From an uncultured Planctomycetota bacterium (lineage in GTDB: Bacteria; Planctomycetota; Planctomycetia; Isosphaerales; Isosphaeraceae): a stretch of 64,000 nucleotides of DNA. Where the stretch lies: NCBI GenBank assembly GCA_963823665.1, contig CAWGMQ010000006.1, positions 1,024,001 to 1,088,000 of the forward strand. Direction: 5' to 3'. Shown in pieces: positions 41,450 through 51,168 of the stretch. The first letter of the stretch is position 1; every line of letters begins with the position of its first letter. The position numbers and the translations under genes were made by a program. The notes below the pieces were generated by a model. That model did no database searches, was not told the DNA's origin, and was given only the letters and a program-made list of their open reading frames with translations.

Positions 41450-44400
41450 TTATGTGAAAGAGAGCCGTTCGGCCTCCGGAACGACCGCCCCGAGGTCGTC
41501 AAGCAGTTGCTGGCCGCGATGGCGGTATTCGTCGGCTTTTTCGGGGATGACGCAGGAGGCGTCGAGAAAGGCACGGGCCAACTCGTAGCGGGCGCCGTGC
41601 TTTCCGGCCGCGACGATCGATTGCTCGAAGTAGCGAGCCGCTCTCTTGGTCTTGCCGAGGGCGCAGGCGGCGCGGCCGCTCACACGAAGGGCGTGGGCCC
41701 CGTAGTTGGGGTACCGCCAGCCGAAGAAGCGAGCAACCCGAGCTTCGCGCCAAGCTTTAATGGCAATGGCTCGGCTCGGCCCGCCATCGGCAAGAGCCCA
41801 GCGGGGACCGAGCAGGCTCTCGACGAGCAATGGATAAGTCGGCGCCGCAAACTCAAAAGGGCAGTACGTTCGAATCGTCCGAGCCCTTGATTTCTCAAGC
41901 GCGGCACCAGCGCCGGAGTAGTCCGACGCCTGGAGGCGGACGAAGCCGAGATGGCCGTACGCGATCAGAAGCGCGAGTGAATCGCGGGTGATGAGCACGT
42001 CGACCGCGCGAGTCATCAGTTCGTTCGCTTCTTCGACCCGGCCGGCCCTCGCCAGGGCGTCGGCCTTGCCGTATTGCCCGTAAGCCAATGCCTCCGCGTC
42101 GCCACGCGCCTTGCCGGTTTGGATCTCGACCTCAGCCTCGACCAGCTCCATCGGGATGTCGCCACGCACCGCATAGAGATGTCGCAGCGTGTGGTGGGAG
42201 AAGAACCCCATCCAGTCGCCGACTTTGTCGAGAGTTCCGACCGCGTCGCGCAGCACCGTCTCGGCCTCGTTCAGCCGGGCGCTGAAGTAATGAACGCCGC
42301 CAACATGTCCTCTGGTCACTGCCTTCACGTCGACTCGATGGCAGGATTCCGCCGCTTTTTCGGCCCGGCGCATGCAGCCCTTCATGAACCAGCCGAGTGA
42401 GAACCAGCTCCAGCTATAGAAAATCTTCGAATAGCCCACGGCGACGACTTCGGGCTTCCCCGACTGTTTCGCCAGGGCCGCCGTCCGGTACAAAACGTAA
42501 CAAAAACTGAGTACGCTGGGCGGCACCAGGCCCATGCGGTAGTAAGTCGCGGTCGCGATCGCGACCCGCCGGTCGAAATCGGCCCGGCGCCTGTTAAAAG
42601 AGAGCCAGGATGGCATCATGTGGAAGTAAACGAACGATCGCCAGAGGCCGAAAAAGAGCCCCATCGGGCCACGAGGGCGAGGATATCCGAGCTCAGACAA
42701 CGCAAGACTGAAATGGCCCTTGGAGTCGCGGTAGTCGCCTTGCCGGTGAAATGCCGAACCGATGCCGTGGTGAGCGCTGGCTCGATCAAGATGGTCGCAG
42801 GCGTGCTCGAGGGCGCGTGTGTAAGCCCCGATCGCGTCGTCGAGCTGGCCCGACGAGCCGAACGCAGTGCCGAGCATGTCCCAGAGTTGATATCTCTTCG
42901 CCGCGTCGGCGTCCGAGGGCAAGAGCTGCTGGGCTTCTTTCAAATGGACGATTGCGTTGTTGAAGGCATAGGCATCGAGCGCCGCTTGGGCCGCTTCCAT
43001 TGTGTACGCGAATGCCTTGGACCGCTCGTCGCTTTCGCGGAAATGCTCGGCGAGCATGGCGGGAGCGACAGCCCGCCCCTGCGCCCGGCGCTGTTCCAGC
43101 AACTCGCCGACTCGCCGGTGCAGGCTCCGCCGGCGAGTGGCTGAGAGGTCGGCATAAGGCAACTCGTGCAGCAGGTCATGCACGAACTCGACGTGTCCCG
43201 GGTTTCCTGTCTCGCGAAACACGCGGCGCGGCAACAGCAGGTCAACGGCGTCGAGCACATCGGCCTCGCTAAGCTCGTGCAAGACGTCGCGGAGCAGGTC
43301 GATATCGACCACCGCCCCGATTACCGCCGCCGCGCCCACCACCTGCTGGACCTTCGCTGGCAGACCTTGCAAACGGAGTCGCATCACGTCGCGTACCGTC
43401 TCGGGTAGGTCCGTGGAATCGCCCGCCTCGGTCGACAGCACCCAGCCGCTCTCACCGTGGGTGATCGCCTGCTTGTCGTACCAGTCTCGAACGGTCTCGG
43501 CGACGAAGAAGGGGTTCCCGCCGCACAATGTGTAGACCCGGCCGACCAGGTCGACGGCCAGTTCCTCGGGCTGACAGTTCAAGCGCAACGCGATCAATTC
43601 ACGGGTCTCGCTCTCGGTCAATGGCGCCAGCACAAGCTCGAGAAGTTGACGTTGCTCGCGGAGCTGCGTCAGCAGGGCTTCGAGCGGCGCATAGCCGGTT
43701 CGGGCCGACGCTACGATCACCAGCTTTGGGGCCCTTGTCGACCCATCGGCTGAGCGCCGTGTGGTGGCCAATGCCGCGGCCAGGTGCCGCAACAGGTCGA
43801 GCGAGCTCTTGTCGGCCCATTGCAGATCTTCGAAGCTCAGGCAGACCGGCTGGAAGGTGGCGATTTCGAGGAAGAAAGCGGTCAGTGCGCGGTAGATGTA
43901 GTCGGCCTCGCGGCCGAAATCAACCTGCTGGTAAGCCTCGCCCGGCAGATACTTGCGGAGCTCAGGCGCGATGCGAAGGAGCTCGCCACGATAGTCGTTG
44001 ACGACGCCTAGCAGGCGCACCAGCGATGCTGCGGGGAGCCCGGCGACGTGGGTGCCGGTGAGGTCCGCGTCGGCGGCCGTGACCTCGCGTCGCTCCTGGA
44101 GTTTCAGCTCGGCGATGAGCTGTCTGATGATCTCGACGAAGGGCTGGAAGGGGGACAAGTCGCCGTCGAAGCACCTTCCCTCATAGACCTGGCAGCCGTG
44201 GCCGCGCGCGATGCGTTCGGCCTCCTGGACCACGCTGCTCTTGCCGATTCCGGGCTCGCCGCTGACGACGAGCAACGAGGCCGGGATCTCGTCGCGAGTC
44301 TCGGCCAAGCCCCTCCTGAGGCAGCGGCGCAGGACGTCGTTGATCAACTCCTGCTCGCTGGCGCGGCAGACGAAGCCGGTGACCGACAATCCTGGCCTTA

Positions 44401-45406
44401 GCGCCGGGATTGAGACTCCCGACACGGCGGTTTTGTCGTCGATGCCGAGGAATGCAGCGATCGCCGAGCGAAGAAGGCCGGCGGATTCCGGGCGGCGCCT
44501 GGGCTCCTTGCGGAGATACTTCATCACCACGTCGGCGATCGGTGCCGGTAATTCGGGGTTAACCTCGAAAAGCGGCTTCGGCTTTTCATTGAGCTGGGCC
44601 TGCATCAAGGGACGCATGCCGCCCAGCCGCGCCTCTGGAAATGCGTAGCGTCCGCTCAGGACCTCGTAGACAACGAGCCCCAGACAGTAAAGGTCTGCGC
44701 GGTGATCAAGCTCATCGAGGTTGATCTGCTCCGGCGCACAGTATGCGACTGTCCCCACGAACCCGGCCTCGGCGGAGAGCGACGACTTGACGCCGTAGTA
44801 CTTTGCCAGGCCGAAGTCCATCAGCCGCGTCTCGAAGTGGCGCGAGCCGTCATCTCGAGTGGCGGGGCGGACCAGAATGTTCGACGGCTTGACGTCACGA
44901 TGCACGATGCCGTGCCCGTGGATGTAATCCAGAGCGTGGGTCAGTTGCAGAAGCGGGTCGAGTCGTTCGAGTAGTGGCCGGCTCGAGATGCTGGTGATGG
45001 GCTGTCCCAAGAACAGCTCCATCGTGAAGAAGGGACCGCCGCCGAGGTCACCGTAATCGTAGACGCCCAGGCAATGTGGATGCCGCAATGCCGAGAGCGA
45101 ACGAAACTCGCGTTCGAAGCGACGGCGAGCAGTCCCGGCTATGGTTCCCTTCATGAGCTTGAGGGCAACGTCCCGTCCGTCGCGTGAGTCGCGCGCGCGA
45201 TAGACGACGCCCATGCCCCCCTCGCCGAGCTTCGCTCCAATCTGGAACCGCTCGTGCCGGAGCCCGGCGAAGTCCTCGCTCGGCGAATGTTCCTCGGGTT
45301 CGCTGTCATGCCCAGACGTCGCCGAAACGTCGAGCGCGATCGACGGTCCCTGGAACGATCTCGTGCCGTCGAGCTGCGGGTCAACGACAGTTTGGGCTCG
45401 TGTCAT
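41450..45406 (-). CDS. Ser/Thr kinase - STAND/AAA_16-type ATPase - TPR protein, paralogue 2
   Basis: Same motifs as paralogue 3. Probable start MTRAQ at 45406, overlapping the end of paralogue 1 (ORF track: 45493). Confidence 0.93.
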   Translation of the reverse strand: MTRAQTVVDPQLDGTRSFQGPSIALDVSATSGHDSEPEEHSPSEDFAGLRHERFQIGAKLGEGGMGVVYRARDSRDGRDVALKLMKGTIAGTARRRFEREFRSLSALRHPHCLGVYDYGDLGGGPFFTMELFLGQPITSISSRPLLERLDPLLQLTHALDYIHGHGIVHRDVKPSNILVRPATRDDGSRHFETRLMDFGLAKYYGVKSSLSAEAGFVGTVAYCAPEQINLDELDHRADLYCLGLVVYEVLSGRYAFPEARLGGMRPLMQAQLNEKPKPLFEVNPELPAPIADVVMKYLRKEPRRRPESAGLLRSAIAAFLGIDDKTAVSGVSIPALRPGLSVTGFVCRASEQELINDVLRRCLRRGLAETRDEIPASLLVVSGEPGIGKSSVVQEAERIARGHGCQVYEGRCFDGDLSPFQPFVEIIRQLIAELKLQERREVTAADADLTGTHVAGLPAASLVRLLGVVNDYRGELLRIAPELRKYLPGEAYQQVDFGREADYIYRALTAFFLEIATFQPVCLSFEDLQWADKSSLDLLRHLAAALATTRRSADGSTRAPKLVIVASARTGYAPLEALLTQLREQRQLLELVLAPLTESETRELIALRLNCQPEELAVDLVGRVYTLCGGNPFFVAETVRDWYDKQAITHGESGWVLSTEAGDSTDLPETVRDVMRLRLQGLPAKVQQVVGAAAVIGAVVDIDLLRDVLHELSEADVLDAVDLLLPRRVFRETGNPGHVEFVHDLLHELPYADLSATRRRSLHRRVGELLEQRRAQGRAVAPAMLAEHFRESDERSKAFAYTMEAAQAALDAYAFNNAIVHLKEAQQLLPSDADAAKRYQLWDMLGTAFGSSGQLDDAIGAYTRALEHACDHLDRASAHHGIGSAFHRQGDYRDSKGHFSLALSELGYPRPRGPMGLFFGLWRSFVYFHMMPSWLSFNRRRADFDRRVAIATATYYRMGLVPPSVLSFCYVLYRTAALAKQSGKPEVVAVGYSKIFYSWSWFSLGWFMKGCMRRAEKAAESCHRVDVKAVTRGHVGGVHYFSARLNEAETVLRDAVGTLDKVGDWMGFFSHHTLRHLYAVRGDIPMELVEAEVEIQTGKARGDAEALAYGQYGKADALARAGRVEEANELMTRAVDVLITRDSLALLIAYGHLGFVRLQASDYSGAGAALEKSRARTIRTYCPFEFAAPTYPLLVESLLGPRWALADGGPSRAIAIKAWREARVARFFGWRYPNYGAHALRVSGRAACALGKTKRAARYFEQSIVAAGKHGARYELARAFLDASCVIPEKADEYRHRGQQLLDDLGAVVPEAERLSFT

Positions 45407-48400
45407 CGGCTCGCCTCGGCGGGGGTGCGGCACGCTTGAGTGCTTGGTTTGTGATACGTTCCGCTTCGGGCACGACGGCCCCGAGCTCGTCAAGCAGTTG
45501 CTGGCCGCGATGGCGGTATTCGTCGGCTTTTTCGGGGATCACGCGGGATGCGTCGAGAAAAGCACGGGCCAGATCGTAGCGGGCGCCGAGCTTTCCGGCC
45601 GCGACGATCGATTGCTCGAAGTAGCGAGCCGCTCTCTTGGTCTTGCCGAGGGCGCAGGCGGCGCGGCCGCTCACGCGAAGGGCGTGGGCCCCGTAGTTGG
45701 GGTATCGCCAACCGACGAAGCGGGCAACGCGAGCCTCACGCCAGGCTTTACGGGCAACGGCTCGGCTTGGTCCGTCATCCGCGTCGGCCCAGCGGGGGCC
45801 CAGCAGGCTCTCGACGAGCAAAGGAAAAGTGGAGCCTGCCCACTCAAACGGGCAGTATCTCCGTATGGTTCGATCCCTTGATTTCTCGAGTGCGGCACGA
45901 GCTCCGGAGTAGTCAGACGCCTGGAGGCGGACGAAGCCCAGATGGCCGTACGCGATATTGAGCGCGAATGAATCGCGGGCGATGAGCACTGCGACCGCGG
46001 GAATCATCAGTTCGTGCGCCTCTTCGACACGGCCGGCCCTGGCGAGTGCGTCGGCCTTGCCGTACTGTCCATAAGCCAATGCTTCCGCGTCGCCGCGCGC
46101 TGTGCCGGTTTCGATCTCCAGTTCAGCCTCCGCGAGCTCCATCGGGATGTCGCCACGGACGGCATAGAGGTGTCTCAGTGTGTGGTGGGAGAACAAACCA
46201 AACCAGTCACCGACCTTGTCGAGAGTTCCGATCGCTTCGCGTAGATCCGCCTCGCCCTGATCCAGCCGGCCGCTGTAGTAATGCACGCCACCAATGTGCG
46301 CTTTCGTCAGCGCCATCACCTCGACCCGACGACAGGATTCCGCAGCCTTCTCGGCCCGACGCATAAAATCGTTCATGAACGAGCCGAGAGAGAACATGCC
46401 GTAGCTCCAGAAAATCTTTGAGTAGCCCGCGGCGATGAGTTCTGGCTTCCCAGACTTCTTCGCCAGGGCGGCGATCCGGTATGAGCTGTAACAATAACTC
46501 AGGACGCTCTTCGTGCAGCTAGTAGCCAAGCGGTGGTAGGTCGTGGTCGCGATCGCGACCCGTCGGTCGAAATCGGGCCGGGTCCTGTCAAGAGCGAGCC
46601 CGGATGGGATCAAGTGGAAGTAAACAAACGAGCGCCAGAGCCCGGAAACGAGTCCCATCGCACTATGAGGAAGAGGATATCCGACCTCAGACAAGGCAAG
46701 GCTGAAATGGCGGCCGGAGTCGTCGTAGGCGCCTTTCCGCTGAAACGCCGAACCGATGCCGTGGTGAGCGCTGGCTCGATCAAGATGGTTGCCGGCGTGC
46801 TCGAGAGCGTGTGTGTAAGCCCCGATCGCGTCGTCGAGCTGGCCCGACGAGCCGAATGCGGTGGCGAGCATGTCCCAGATGCGATATTTCGTGGCCGCGT
46901 CGGCGTCGGCGGGCAAAAGCTGCTGGGCGTCTTTCAACTGGACGACCGCGTTGTTGAAGGCATAGGCGTTGAGCGCCGCTCCGGCCGCTTCCATCGTGTA
47001 CGCGAAGGCCTTGGACCGCTCGTCGCTATGGCGGAAATGGTCGGCGAGGACGGCGGGCGCGACGGCTCGCCCCTGCGCCCGGCGCTGTTCCAGCAACTCA
47101 CCGACTCGCCGGTGCAAACTCCGCCGACGAGTCGCTGAGAGGTCGGCATAGGGCAACTCGTGCAGCAGGTCGTGCACGAACTCGACGTGTCCCGGGTTTC
47201 CGGTCTCGCGAAACACGCGGCGCGGCAACAGCAGGTCAACGGCGTCGAGCACATCGGCTTCGCCAAGCTCCTTCAAGACGTCGCTGAGCAGGTCGATATC
47301 GACCACCGCCCCGATCACAGCCGCCGCGCCCACCACCTGCTGGACCTTCGTTGGCAGACCCTGCAAACGCAGTCGCATCACGTCGCGCACGGTCTCGGGC
47401 AGGTCGGTGGAATCGCCCGCCTCGGTCGACAGCACCCAGCCGCTCTCGCCGCGGGTGATTGCCTGCTTGTCGTACCACTCCCGAACGGTCTCGGCGACGA
47501 AGAACGGGTTCCCGCCGCACAACGTGTTGACGCGGCCGACCAGGTCGGCAGTCAGTTCCTCGGGCGGACAGTTCAAGCGCAACGCGATCAATTCACGGGT
47601 CTCGCTCTCGGTCAACGGTGCCAGCAGAAGCTCGAGAAGTTGACGTTGCTCGCGGAGCTGTACGAGTAGAGCTTCCAGCGACGCATGGCCGGTTCGGGCC
47701 GACGCTACGATCACCAGCCTTGGGGCCCTTGTCGACCCATCGGCTGAGCGCCGTGCGGTGGCCAATGCGGCAGCCAGATGCCGCAGCAGGTCGAGCGAGC
47801 TCTTGTCGGCCCATTGCAGATCTTCGAAGCTCAGGCAGACCGGCTGGAAGGTGGCGATTTCGAGGAAGAAAGCGGTCAGCGCGCGGTAGATGTAGTCGGC
47901 CTCGCGGCCGAAATCAACCTGCTGGTACGCCTCGCCCGGCAGATACTTGCGGAGCTCAGGCGCGATGCGGAGGAGCTCGCCGCGATAGTCGTTGACGATG
48001 CCCAGCAGGCGCACCAGCGATGCTGCGGGGAGCCCGGCGACGTGGGTGCCGGTGAGGTCCGCGTCGGCGGCCGTGACCTCGCGTCGCTCCTGGAGTTTCA
48101 GCTCGGCGATGAGCTGTCTGATGATCTCGACGAAGGGCTGGAAGGGGGACAAGTTGCCGTCGAAGCACCTACCCTCATAGACCTGGCAGCCGTGGCCGCG
48201 CGCGATGCGTTCGGCCTCCTGGACCACGCTGCTCTTGCCGATTCCGGGCTCGCCGCTGACCACGATCAACGAGGCCGGGATCTCGTCGCGAGTCTCGGCC
48301 AAGCCAGGCCGGAGGCAGCGGCGCAGGACGTCGTTGATCAACTCCTGCTCGCTGGCGCGGCAGACGAAGCCGGTGACCGACAATCCTGGCCGCAGCGCCG

Positions 48401-49403
48401 GGATTGATACTCCCGAGACGGCGGTTTTGTCGTCGATGCCGAGGAATGCAGCGATCGCCGAGCGGAGAAGGCCGGCGGATTCCGGGCGGCGCCTGGGCTC
48501 CTTGCGGAGATACTTCATCACCACGTCGGCGATCGGTGCCGGTAATTCGGGGTTAACCTCGAAAAGCGGCTTCGGCTTTTCATTGAGCTGGGCCTGCATC
48601 AAGGGACGCATGCCGCCCAGCCGCGCCTCTGGAAATGCGTAGCGTCCGCTCAGGACCTCGTAGACGACGAGCCCCAGGCAGTACAGATCAGCGCGGTGAT
48701 CAAGCTCGTCGAGGTTGATCTGCTCGGGGGCACAGTATGCGACTGTCCCCACGAAACCGGCCTCGGCCGAGAGCGACGACTTGACGCCGTAATACTTTGC
48801 CAGTCCGAAGTCCATTAGCCGCGTCTCGAAGTGACGCGAGCCGTCATCTCGAGTGGCGGGGCGGACCAGAATGTTCGACGGCTTGACGTCGCGGTGCACG
48901 ATGCCGTGCCCGTGGATGTAGTCGAGGGCGTGTGTGAGCTGCAGCAATGGGTCGAAACGTTCGAGAAGCGGCCGGCTCGAGATGCTGGTGATGGGTTGTC
49001 CCAAGAACAGCTCCATCGTGAAGAAGGGACCGCCGCCCAGGTCACCGTAGTCGTAAACGCCCAGGCAATGGGGATGCTTGAGCGCCGAGAGCGAACGAAA
49101 CTCGCGTTCGAAGCGGCGGCGAGCAGTCCCGGCGATGGTTCCCTTCATGAGCTTGAGGGCGACGTCCCGTCCGTCGCGCGCATCGCGCGCGCGATAGACG
49201 ACACCCATGCCCCCCTCGCCGAGCTTCGCTCCAATCTGGAACCGCTCGTGCCTCAAGTCGGCGACGGCGTTTTCTTGAGGAGCGGATTCCTCCCAATCGG
49301 AGCTCGCCTGGGACGACAACAAAACAAGGGATTCACGAGCCGCGACGGACCTCGTCTCGTCCGGGGATTGGTCAATCGTCGCCGCGGCGCGCGAGAATGG
49401 CAT
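45381..49403 (-). CDS. Ser/Thr kinase - STAND/AAA_16-type ATPase - TPR protein, paralogue 1 (1340 aa)
   Basis: Same motifs as paralogues 2 and 3. Starts 30 nt after the DUF1559 stop. Confidence 0.93.
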   Translation of the reverse strand: MPFSRAAATIDQSPDETRSVAARESLVLLSSQASSDWEESAPQENAVADLRHERFQIGAKLGEGGMGVVYRARDARDGRDVALKLMKGTIAGTARRRFEREFRSLSALKHPHCLGVYDYGDLGGGPFFTMELFLGQPITSISSRPLLERFDPLLQLTHALDYIHGHGIVHRDVKPSNILVRPATRDDGSRHFETRLMDFGLAKYYGVKSSLSAEAGFVGTVAYCAPEQINLDELDHRADLYCLGLVVYEVLSGRYAFPEARLGGMRPLMQAQLNEKPKPLFEVNPELPAPIADVVMKYLRKEPRRRPESAGLLRSAIAAFLGIDDKTAVSGVSIPALRPGLSVTGFVCRASEQELINDVLRRCLRPGLAETRDEIPASLIVVSGEPGIGKSSVVQEAERIARGHGCQVYEGRCFDGNLSPFQPFVEIIRQLIAELKLQERREVTAADADLTGTHVAGLPAASLVRLLGIVNDYRGELLRIAPELRKYLPGEAYQQVDFGREADYIYRALTAFFLEIATFQPVCLSFEDLQWADKSSLDLLRHLAAALATARRSADGSTRAPRLVIVASARTGHASLEALLVQLREQRQLLELLLAPLTESETRELIALRLNCPPEELTADLVGRVNTLCGGNPFFVAETVREWYDKQAITRGESGWVLSTEAGDSTDLPETVRDVMRLRLQGLPTKVQQVVGAAAVIGAVVDIDLLSDVLKELGEADVLDAVDLLLPRRVFRETGNPGHVEFVHDLLHELPYADLSATRRRSLHRRVGELLEQRRAQGRAVAPAVLADHFRHSDERSKAFAYTMEAAGAALNAYAFNNAVVQLKDAQQLLPADADAATKYRIWDMLATAFGSSGQLDDAIGAYTHALEHAGNHLDRASAHHGIGSAFQRKGAYDDSGRHFSLALSEVGYPLPHSAMGLVSGLWRSFVYFHLIPSGLALDRTRPDFDRRVAIATTTYHRLATSCTKSVLSYCYSSYRIAALAKKSGKPELIAAGYSKIFWSYGMFSLGSFMNDFMRRAEKAAESCRRVEVMALTKAHIGGVHYYSGRLDQGEADLREAIGTLDKVGDWFGLFSHHTLRHLYAVRGDIPMELAEAELEIETGTARGDAEALAYGQYGKADALARAGRVEEAHELMIPAVAVLIARDSFALNIAYGHLGFVRLQASDYSGARAALEKSRDRTIRRYCPFEWAGSTFPLLVESLLGPRWADADDGPSRAVARKAWREARVARFVGWRYPNYGAHALRVSGRAACALGKTKRAARYFEQSIVAAGKLGARYDLARAFLDASRVIPEKADEYRHRGQQLLDELGAVVPEAERITNQALKRAAPPPRRADDTSPNCR

Positions 49404-49433
49404 CGATGTACCTGGATTAGTTCTGGCTCGACA

Positions 49434-50471
49434 TCAGTACGAATCCGACGACAGGACCTCGCCCCCCTGGATCGAAGAAAGGCTGACCCACACGTTGGGA
49501 TCGACCGCGTTTTTGACGAATCGCACCGAGCCGTCACCAAAGCCGGAGTTAACCCCGCCGGGGTGGCGGCTGCGTGAGCCGGCGTAGAAGTCGTAGTAGG
49601 GGAACGCCACGTTGATGCACGGAAGGCCATGGCCGGGGTCGTTCACGCAGAAACCAACCCCGATTCGGTCCCCGCCACCGCCGGGAGGATCGGCGACGCC
49701 GTAATAGTCCCGCAGCCCGTTCGGGGTAAACCGCGTTGAAAAAGCGCCCGCCAGTGTCCAGATCGCTCCCCGCGCATCGTTCGTCTCACCTTGCATGACC
49801 TCGCTCGTGAAGATCGTGGAGCTCGTGCCGTCGGTGACCGCGGCAAGCCGGACGGGCTGATGACCGAAGGCAGAGAGCCGGTAGACGACCGGGAGGTTCA
49901 GGGTGGCGGTGTTGCCCGCGCCTGGCGAATTCAGTTGGCTCCAGATGGTGTTTCCCCAGCTCACTACGTAATTGCCTCGAGGCGAAGTGATCAAAGCGCC
50001 GTTGGTCGGCCAGGTCACCAAGAGTACGTTCGAATTGTCGCTGGGGCACTGCATCGTCGCGATCTTTGTGCCGAAAACCGTGGAATTGATGCTGAACCCC
50101 AAGGGCATCCCGGTACTGTCGGGAACCCCTTCCAGGCCGATCGAGAAATTGAAAGCGTTGGACAAGGCTTGCTGCTCGAGTTGTGGCAGCAGCTCGGTGA
50201 GCCAGTTGGTGTTCTGGCAGCCCTCGAAGAACCCGGGCAAGGGGAGGCCGGGCAATGGAGTCCAGACTCGACCAATCGGCAGTGAGCCGAAGACCGACTC
50301 ATAATTATGGATCGCCAGCCCAAGTTGCTTTACGTTGTTGACGCACTGCGCCCGCCGAGCCGCCTCGCGAGCGGCCTGGACGGCAGGAAGCAGCAAGGCG
50401 ATCAAGACCGCGATAATCGCGATCACCACCAGAAGCTCAATCAGCGTGAAACCTTGACGTCGTTTCCACAT
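49434..50471 (-). CDS. DUF1559 family prepilin-type N-terminal cleavage/methylation protein with H-X9-DG motif (345 aa)
   Basis: N-terminus MWKRRQG^FTLIELLVVIAIIAVLIALLLPAVQAAREAARRAQCVNNVKQLGLAIHNY, plus AVTDGTSSTI and SRHPGGVNSGFGDGSVRF. The true start is ATG 50471, not 50720. Confidence 0.95.
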   Translation of the reverse strand: MWKRRQGFTLIELLVVIAIIAVLIALLLPAVQAAREAARRAQCVNNVKQLGLAIHNYESVFGSLPIGRVWTPLPGLPLPGFFEGCQNTNWLTELLPQLEQQALSNAFNFSIGLEGVPDSTGMPLGFSINSTVFGTKIATMQCPSDNSNVLLVTWPTNGALITSPRGNYVVSWGNTIWSQLNSPGAGNTATLNLPVVYRLSAFGHQPVRLAAVTDGTSSTIFTSEVMQGETNDARGAIWTLAGAFSTRFTPNGLRDYYGVADPPGGGGDRIGVGFCVNDPGHGLPCINVAFPYYDFYAGSRSRHPGGVNSGFGDGSVRFVKNAVDPNVWVSLSSIQGGEVLSSDSY

Positions 50472-50601
50472 CGAATTGCCTCGATTCTTATCTCCAATCA
50501 TTACCCCCGCTCCGCAACGAGCGAGATCACACCGATTTGCGGCTCGTCTCGCTCGCGGGCCGCCGTTTTCATCAACGCCGCCGCTCGCCCTCTCAGGCAA
50601 C

Positions 50602-50628
50602 TCCTGCAAATCGCGGCAAGAGGTTACA
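50602..50628 (-). promoter_or_regulatory. Putative ECF promoter TGTAAC-N15-GCAGGA for the DUF1559 - triple kinase operon
   Basis: Minus strand reads ccTGTAACctcttgccgcgatttGCAGGAg, about 130 nt upstream of ATG 50471. Confidence 0.75.
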
Positions 50629-50741
50629 GGTCGCCGGGAAATTATTTTCCCCTCGCCACCGGAACCGAGGGTTCGCCTATCCGAAGACATTCGGCGGGAC
50701 CGTAAATCCGAGCGGCACACTCACCGGAGCTCAAACACCCT

Positions 50742-51110
50742 TCAATAATCGTCGGCAGAGACGAGCTTGGGATTGGCGAGCGGGGGAGGAGCCGGATCCG
50801 AACAAACCGGATACCACGGCCGCGCCGCCGCGGCCTGATACTTCACGCTCAGCACACGGTGATACTCCGCCGCACTCAACTGAAGATTCCTCTCCGCTGC
50901 CCGCTCAGGCGCGATTCGCTCGGCTCTGATGAAGCCGCAAAGACAGAAACTGGCGTCCATTTCGAGCTGATGGCCCGCGGCCGCGTGATAGGACGCTTTC
51001 TCACGAAATGCTTGGGCCCGCCGTTGGTTCAGAACGCCACCGCCGGACAGAACGGCAACGACCGCGACGGCGGCCATCAGCGCTCGAATGTCGACCCGAA
51101 AGCGAGGCAC
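50742..51110 (-). CDS. Small membrane-anchored hypothetical protein (122 aa)
   Basis: GTG start, then PRFRVDIRALMAAVAVVAVL (basic plus hydrophobic) and a C-terminal KYQAAAARPWYPVCSDPAPP. I recall this pattern from multicopy Isosphaeraceae hypothetical proteins. Confidence 0.7.
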   Translation of the reverse strand: MPRFRVDIRALMAAVAVVAVLSGGGVLNQRRAQAFREKASYHAAAGHQLEMDASFCLCGFIRAERIAPERAAERNLQLSAAEYHRVLSVKYQAAAARPWYPVCSDPAPPPLANPKLVSADDY

Positions 51111-51168
51111 CGACCATCCCCCGAAAATTCCCGTGAACGGAACCGCTGTCAATTCAATCAATTTTAGC

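Noticed and set aside
41450..49403. Diversity-generating retroelement acting on the kinase paralogues
   Set aside because: No reverse transcriptase is present in the window, and differences between copies are not adenine-specific or confined to a short TR/VR pair.
50472..50720. ORF-track N-terminal extension of the DUF1559 gene
   Set aside because: Prepilin leaders are short, and this stretch contains the predicted promoter.
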